From Rebecca billardiae RCC1528 (lineage: Eukaryota; Protista; Haptophyta): a DNA stretch of 64,000 nucleotides. A model generated the notes under the pieces. The model was not told the origin of the DNA. It did no database searches and was given only the letters and a program-made list of their open reading frames with translations. How positions within the stretch are numbered: position 1 is the stretch's first letter; the number at the start of each line of letters is the position of its first letter. The stretch lies in contig OZ251241.1 of assembly GCA_965240325.2 (NCBI GenBank), positions 1,364,001 to 1,428,000 on the forward strand. Reading direction: 5' to 3'. The translations under genes and the position numbers were made by a program. Of the stretch, positions 57,349 through 64,000 are shown piece after piece.

Positions 57349-59883
57349 ATGCGCACGTTCGAGCTCGCCGACTCGAACGTGAACGAGACGCTCGGCGTCT
57401 CGCTCTGCCTCGGCTTCTCCTTCTTCGCCGGCGTCTTCCAGGGCTTTTTCGGCTGCCTGCTCGCGTGGATCGCGGCGCGCAAGCCGGTGGACGGCGGCCG
57501 CGAGCCCGCGTGGCTGCGCCACCTGAACATCGCGGGCGTGGTGGGCTCGGCGACGCTGCCCGGCGTCCTCTCCATCGCCGCGCTCGCCTTCGGCGCCATC
57601 TCGACCGTCGTCGTCGTGCGCTCCGCGTCGATCCTGATCTTCAACGTGCTCTTCACGCGCGTCTTCCGGCTCGGCCACATCAAGCAGCTCGACGCGATCG
57701 GCACGCTGCTGTGCGTGCTCGGGATCGTCGCGCTGTTCAAGGTCGCGCCGACCGACTCCTCCGTCACCGACTCCGACTTCATCACGCTCCTCTCCACGCC
57801 CGTCTCGATCGGTTGGACGGTCGTGCTCGGCGCGTCGTGCGTCGCGTGCATGGCGGCGGTGCTCGTGCTCGAGCGGCGGCGGCGGCGCGGCGGCGGCGGC
57901 GCGGCCGACGGCGGCGGCTCGGGCTCGGGCGGCGCGCCCTCCGTCTCCTCCAGCCGCCGCGACAAGCGCTCCGCCGCGGGCGCGCGCCGGCAGCCGTTCG
58001 CGCGCGCGGCGCTCGTGAGCATCGTCGTCGCGTGCTCGTCCGCGTGCATGGACCTGAGCGCGAAGGGGTACACGGGCTCGATGGCGAACCGCGCGTCGAA
58101 CTTCCTCGCCTCGCCCACCTTCTGGGCCTGCCTCCTCGCCTTCGTCGCCTCCGCCATCGTGATGCGCGGCTCGTACGTGTACGGGTGCAAGGCGTGCAAC
58201 GTGCTCGTGTTCATCCCGCTCAACACGCTGCTCTCGATCGGCGTGTCGGCGGCGACGGGGTTCTGCGTGATGGAGGAGTGGCGCACGATCTCGGAGTGGG
58301 ACACCTTCGTCACCTCGTACCTCGTCATCTTCCTCGGCATCAACCTCCTCTGCTCCAAGGAGGCGCGGGACCAAGTCTCGTCGGTGGGCTCGGAGCGCGC
58401 GTCCGCGACGCTGCTCGAGGTGCAGCAGCTGTGCACGGACATGTACACGACGTCGGACAAGGCGATGGCGATCACCAAGTTCGAGCAGCTCGTGCAGAAG
58501 GCGTGCCAGCTCGGCGAGGTGCGCGGCGGCCCCCGCCGCCGCCCCGGAGCGCGCGCGCGCGCGATGCGTTCGGGCGGGCGCGCGGCCGAGCGAGGGCGGC
58601 CGGCGGCCGCGCATGCGCGCCGCCCCCCTTACTGGGCGCGGGTGGGCCGCGTGCGCGCAGGTGGAGAGTAACGAGCTGGTAGCGCTCGTCGTCGCGCTGC
58701 TCAACGAGCTGCCCGAGCTGCCAAAGTCGCTCATCGGCGACTGGTGCGCGCGCGAGCGTAGCCGCGCGCGCGCCGCTCGCCGCGCCCGCTCCCGCGCGCT
58801 GCGCACTCGCGCGTCGTCCGGCGCACGGCACCGGCACCGGGGCCCGTCGGGCGTCGCTGAGTCCGGGCGTCGCGCCGGCCTGCGCGCGCCGGCGCTCCCC
58901 GCAGGCTGCAGCTCGCGTACCCGACCATCTTCCGTTACGTCCAGGACACGAGCTCGACGCCCGGCCCGCAGCGGCACTCGCGCAACCGGCTGGCGTCGCC
59001 GCTGCCGCAGCAGTTCAATCGCTTCCTGCCGCTCGGCGTGCGGCGGTACGGTTACAGGGCGATGCTCACGCCGTACTGGGGGGACGGCGGCTCGCTCCCG
59101 CCCAGCCGCAACCCCAGCGCGAACACCGGCTCGGCGATGGCCGACCCGAACGAGGTGGAGCTCGGCCGCGCAGACTCGGGCGGCGCGCTCGGCGGCGGCG
59201 GCGGCGCGTGCTCCGGCTATTCGCCCGAGATCATTCGAATAGGCTGGGGCGACGAGGACGGGCGCGCGGGCCCCGCCGACGGCCCACGCGCCGCCGACGC
59301 CGACGACGGCGCGCACGCGGCGGAGCGCAACTGGCCACCGCCCTCTTCGCCCGCAGCGCCGCGCGAGGGCGCGGACGCGGGTGCCGACTCCACTGCCGCC
59401 GCCGCGTCGGCCGAGCGGCACACGCCTGGGGGCGGAGTGGCGTGCACGCCGCCGCACCCGTCGTCGCTCGCGACGGCGCCGAGCAGCCCGCGCTGTGCGT
59501 CCAACGGGGGTGCCGCCGAGTCCGATGCTGTGCCGGCGGCCGAGCCCTCGCCCGCCCTCGGCGGCAGCTGCGCCGACGCAGCCGGCGCCGGCGGCGCGCC
59601 ACTCAACGGCGCGAGGCACACGCTGCCGCTGAGCCCACGGGCGCGCGGCGCTGGCGGGGGCGGCGCGGGTGGCGGCGCGAGCGAGGACGAGGAGAGAGCC
59701 GCGGGCGCCGGCGCGCGAGCGGGCGCCGCGGTAGAGCGCGGCGCGCTCTGCGCCGCCGCCGATGGTGCTGCGCACGCTTCGGCCCACTGCCCGGCGGTCG
59801 GCGCGGGCGGCGGCGTCGCAGTGGGCAGACGATGCAGGGCCGCATCCGCCGGCTCCGGGCACCGAGACAGAGACTCGTACTAG
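57349..59883 (+). CDS. NIPA/DMT-like multi-pass transporter with long C-terminal tail
   Basis: About 9 TM helices, ALAFGAISTVVVV, LVFIPL..., FCVMEEW. Exons 57349-58518, 58661-58743, 58905-59883 join in frame. Confidence 0.75.
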
Positions 59884-60233
59884 GAGTAGGACGAGTGCCG
59901 CGTGGGCTCCGACTGACCCTCGCCCTCATAAGGCCAGGATCGTCATCATCGTCGGCATCGATCGTAGTCACTGACACATAGTGCAAGTCATGCGTGCGCA
60001 TCAGTGTCGTAGCCTGTGAACGGTGTTAGCTGCGATGCTTGTCATGCTTGCGTGCTGACAATGTGAATGACGACAGTCGTGACAATGTCAGCAGCAGTGA
60101 CAAGCCTTGTGAATTGTCCGCCATCATCACGCGTCATCATCAGGCTCGTGCCAACCGCCTTTCCATCCGGCCGGGGCTGGCCGACGGCGAGTCACGCCGC
60201 CGAGGCGCCGACGGGGGCGAGCAGGGCGCGACG

Positions 60234-62333
60234 ATGCGCCAGCGCGCGTGGCGGGTGGCGGCGCTGGCACCACTCCTCGCGGCCGAGCTCCTCGCCGCGC
60301 CCGCGGCCGCGGCGCGCATCCCGCCGCGGCCGGCGGGCGCGCGCGGACACTTTTTGCGCGTCGTGAGCATTAATGATGTGTACAAGCTGGCCAACTACCC
60401 GCACGTGCGCGGCTGCATCGACGCGCTGAAGGGTGCGGCGCCGAGGCTCGGCTGCACCGTCGTCTCGTGCATCAACGGCGACTTCCTCTCGCCGTGCATC
60501 CACTCCGCGCTCGACGGCGGCCGGACGATGATGGAGGCTCTGAACGCCGCGGGCATCGAGTACGCGTGCCTGGGCAACCACGAGTTCGACCTGGGCACGG
60601 CGTGCCTCGCGGCGAAGCTGCCGATCTTCGCAGGCACGGTGATCAACTCCAACGTGCACGAGCCGCTGCTCGCGCACCTGCCCAGGTGGCGCGCGCTCTC
60701 GGTCGGAGCGCGCACGGTCGCGCTTGGCGGCTTTGTCACGGGCGACCCTGCCATCTACTCGGCGGCGAACCGGCCGGCGGTCGGGCCGATCCCCGAGGCG
60801 GTGGAGCAGGTGTGGGAGCAGGCGACGGCGTCCCTCGGCCGCGCGCCCGACCTGCTGCTGCCCATGACCCACCAGCCGCTGTCCGACGACCGCGCGCTCG
60901 CCGAGTGGCTCTTGGCCCACGCGGAGCTGAGCGGCCGCGCGCCCGTGCTGCTCGGCGGCCACGAGCACGAGAAGCACATCGTGGCCGTGCCGCCGGCGGG
61001 GTCGGCGGGTGCGAGCGGCGCCGACGGGCTGGCGGGCCCGATGGCTCGAGGGCCCGACGGCGTGCCGCACCCGCCGCACGTGACCATCGTGAAGATGGGC
61101 GCGGACGCGAGCGAGCTGGGCATCGTAGACGTGTGGTGGCCTGAAGATGGGGCGGAGGAGGAGGCGGCGGCGGCCGGCGGTGGTCGTGGCGTGGCGGTGG
61201 CGCGGGCGGGCGGCGGTGCCGGTGTGCCCGTGGCGCCGCGCGGGGCGGCGCGGGCGCGCGTGCATGACGTGCCCGCGGCGGCGTGGGAGGCGGAGGCGGC
61301 GGCGGCGCTCTTCGCCGCGCGCAAACAAGAGCGGCTCGCGGCGCTGATGCGCGCGCCCCTCGCGACGCTGCCAGACACAGACACGCCCGCCGACAGCGGC
61401 GACGAGGAGTACGCCGTGCGCGGCGACAACGGCGGCGGCGCTGGTCGGAGCGCGTGCCTCACGACGCGGCACGTGCGCCGCGCGCCGTCGGCCGTCGCGA
61501 GCTTCCTCGCCACGCTCGTGCGCCGCGGGCTGCGCGCCGAGCGCGTCGAGCTGTGCCTGCTACACGCCGGCTGCGTGCGCGGCGGCGCCGAGTACGCGCC
61601 GGGCGCGCCGTTCACGATCGGCGACCTGCACCGCGAGCTCACCTTCCCGACCGAGATGGCGATCGTGCGGCTGCCGGGGTCGGTGCTCGCGGACGCGGTG
61701 CGGTGGTCGCGCGCCCTCGGCCGGCGCGAAGTTTCCGAGAGATTTCTCGACGGCGGCGGGCGCGAGCTCGTCGCGGAGAGCGCGGCCTTCCTGCACGCGG
61801 ACGAGCGCGCGTGCATCGATCCGCGCACCGCCGAGCTGCGCGCGGTGGGCGGCGTGCCGCTCGAGGCAGAGCGCGAGTACACCGTGGCGCTGCCGCAGCC
61901 GCTACTCCTCGGGATGGACGACCTCCGCCCGCTGTGCGAGCACGTGCGGCGTGCGCGCGTGCCCGTGCCCGCCGCCGACGTGTGCGCGCCCGCCAAGAAC
62001 GTCGTCATCACCCACTGCATGCGCGCCGCGTGGCGCCGGCTCGTCGGGTACGGCCGCGTCTGGACGGACCCCGAGGCCGAGGCCGCAACCGAGGCCGCGG
62101 CCGAGATCGCGATCTCGCCCGCCGAGATCGAGCGCGGGATCGAGCGCGTGTTCGCGCAGATGGACGCCGACGGCAACGGCGACGTCGACCTCGCCGAGCT
62201 CTCCGGGCACTACGCGCGCGTGACGGGCGACGAGGCGCCGCCGCAGGCGCTGATGACGGAGATGCTGCGCGCGCTCGACGCGGACGGCGACGGCCGCGTG
62301 AGCCGCGCCGAGCTCAAGGCGATCGCCTTGTGA
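60234..62333 (+). CDS. 5'-nucleotidase/apyrase family metallophosphoesterase with two C-terminal EF-hands
   Basis: Signal peptide; NDVY, GDFLSP, LGNHEFD, MTH, LGGHEH; 5'-nucleotidase C-terminal HAGCVRG...LTFP; EF loops DADGNGDVDLAE and DADGDGRVSRAE. Confidence 0.88.
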   Translation: MRQRAWRVAALAPLLAAELLAAPAAAARIPPRPAGARGHFLRVVSINDVYKLANYPHVRGCIDALKGAAPRLGCTVVSCINGDFLSPCIHSALDGGRTMMEALNAAGIEYACLGNHEFDLGTACLAAKLPIFAGTVINSNVHEPLLAHLPRWRALSVGARTVALGGFVTGDPAIYSAANRPAVGPIPEAVEQVWEQATASLGRAPDLLLPMTHQPLSDDRALAEWLLAHAELSGRAPVLLGGHEHEKHIVAVPPAGSAGASGADGLAGPMARGPDGVPHPPHVTIVKMGADASELGIVDVWWPEDGAEEEAAAAGGGRGVAVARAGGGAGVPVAPRGAARARVHDVPAAAWEAEAAAALFAARKQERLAALMRAPLATLPDTDTPADSGDEEYAVRGDNGGGAGRSACLTTRHVRRAPSAVASFLATLVRRGLRAERVELCLLHAGCVRGGAEYAPGAPFTIGDLHRELTFPTEMAIVRLPGSVLADAVRWSRALGRREVSERFLDGGGRELVAESAAFLHADERACIDPRTAELRAVGGVPLEAEREYTVALPQPLLLGMDDLRPLCEHVRRARVPVPAADVCAPAKNVVITHCMRAAWRRLVGYGRVWTDPEAEAATEAAAEIAISPAEIERGIERVFAQMDADGNGDVDLAELSGHYARVTGDEAPPQALMTEMLRALDADGDGRVSRAELKAIAL

Positions 62334-62436
62334 CGAGCTGCCCCGCGCGCGGCGGTGGCAGAGCCTCATCGAATCAGACTCAAGACTCGTCATGACGACA
62401 TGCACTATGCAGACACTGTCGACAGCATTAGTGAGC

Positions 62437-62498
62437 ATAAATATATATATATATATATAATTAAGTTATATATATATATTGGATGATATATATATGAT
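62437..62498. repeat. (TA)n-rich island between convergent genes
   Basis: Near-pure A/T tract. Confidence 0.9.
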
Positions 62499-62701
62499 GT
62501 AGTACGTACGACGACGCGCGATATGATCGCGCGCGCGTCAGATTCATGAGACGCGACTACGCGCAGCACTCGACGGCACTGCTGCGCCGTCGACGCCGGG
62601 CCGCTGCGACCGTCCTCGCTGCACCGGCCTCCGAGCCGGCCTCCGTCTGTCACTCGTCAGAGTCGCGCGCGCGCTGATCGGAGCACCGACGAGTCCGAAG
62701 A

Positions 62702-64000
62702 TTACGATGCGGAAGATGCTGCTGCCGATGACGGTCGTCGGCCGGCGCGCCGCCACTCCGCGGCGGCGGCGGCCTTCTCCGTGACGTACTCGACAAGCAT
62801 GAAGGTGTGCATCCCCACTCTCGGCAGCGCAACTGTCGGCTCGTTCGCCACGGGCGCAAACTGCCCAAAGGTGACGTACGGCGTGCGCGGCGATGCGGCG
62901 ATGCGGAACGGCTGGCACGAGGACGAGAGAGTCCAGAAGTAGCGCGCGCCCACGACCGCCGATGCGTCGAACGTGTCCAGGTGCGCGCCCATGCGCTCTC
63001 GCACCCAGCTGCACACCGTCACGCCCGGCAGCGCCCGCGCGCGCTCGAGCGCGCGCTCCAGCGCTGGCTGGTTAAGCCCTGGGCGGACTGCATAGATGGC
63101 CGAGTCGTCAAAGCCGAGCTGTGCCGCCGTGGCGTTCACAAACCACGTCGCGCTGTGGGCCCACGCCTCGTGCAAATGGTTCCACTGCGCGGGGTTGGGT
63201 CGCGCCGCGGGCGGGGTTGTCGGATCGCACGTTGGGGGCACCGCCCGGCCAATCGGCGATCGAGCGCGGCCGCGCGTGCGCGCGCACAGCAGGGTCGCAC
63301 GGGCATCGCTCAAGGGAGGCTCCGGCGCGCACCGTCCACACGACGCGCGCGTCCACCCTGGGGAAGAGCTCCTGCTGGACCGTGTGCGTCGCCCGGTCGC
63401 CGGGCACGATGTACGCGTTGAAGTGGGGGAGCTCTGCCTTGCGCCGGGCGCCCTCCGAGTATGACCACATCAGGAACTGCCGCACCGGCAGCAGCGCAGG
63501 CCGCTGCATGGCGGTCGCCCAGGTGACGGCCGCGACCGCCCACGCGTTGAGCGGCGGGCTGCCGAGCGGGCGGATGTCGTTCACCAGCTGGGCGTGCTGC
63601 AGCGGCAGCTCGAGGAACCGCGCAAAGCCCTTGGGGTACCGGTACACGAGGCAGCCGATGCCGCCGCCCGCCTGCGTGCACTGCATGTCGCCGCCGAGCG
63701 CCATCTGGATGCCGCCGCGGCTGTGTGGGAGCGTCGAGCCGGTGGCGCCACCGAACAGGATCGAGTGGTGGATGTGGTACGGCGGCGAGCCGAGCAGCCG
63801 CCAGCTGCCCTCCTCTGCGATGCCCAGGAAGATCCCGCGTACCGGGATGCGCTCGCCCGCGCGCATGCCCGGCGGCATGATCGGGCTCGAGTAGTCAACC
63901 CAGTCGAAGCCGCCGACGCTCGAGTGCGGGCCGACGCGCACGAGGAGCGTGGTGAGCTCCGCGCCCTGGAGCACGCACTGCTGGTACGTGACCGCGCGCG
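62702..64000 (-). CDS. 5'-partial His-rich protein, possibly copper type II monooxygenase-like fold
   Basis: Exons ...-63333 and 63184-62702 joined by a GTGCGC...CAG intron; motifs YHIHHS, WNHLH and GMHTFM. Confidence 0.6.

Overview
Eukaryotic nuclear DNA, extremely GC-rich and gene-dense, with short GT-AG introns. Several proteins carry signal-peptide plus transit-like leaders, which points to an alga with a complex plastid (haptophyte-like, e.g. Pavlovales; this is an inference). About 21 protein genes were reconstructed by hand. Recognisable genes: POLD1 (5'-partial), an RPA49-like subunit, PRP8, RPS18, type I L-asparaginase, class 3 lipase, cytosolic HSP90, MCM4, a TPT-family transporter, a PLAC8 protein and a NIPA/DMT-like transporter. 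Unusual domain architectures: PDZ-ferredoxin, a degenerate nucleotidyltransferase fused to an EamA/DMT transporter, a PPR-(SMR)-HhH protein, a 5'-nucleotidase with EF-hands, and a partial copper-monooxygenase-like gene. Also present are two Ala-rich coiled-coil proteins, a TPR protein, an unknown membrane protein and an IQ-motif protein. The main non-genic signal is a ~5.8 kb accessory island at 28.56-34.31 kb. It holds two non-autonomous elements with shared ends and the asymmetric architecture of Helentron/Helitron2 rolling-circle transposons (subterminal inverted repeats plus a terminal hairpin). Their interiors differ, they sit in a duplicated AT-rich site, and a frameshifted sulfotransferase pseudogene lies next to them. 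Most long ORFs in the supplied track are GC-driven shadow frames.
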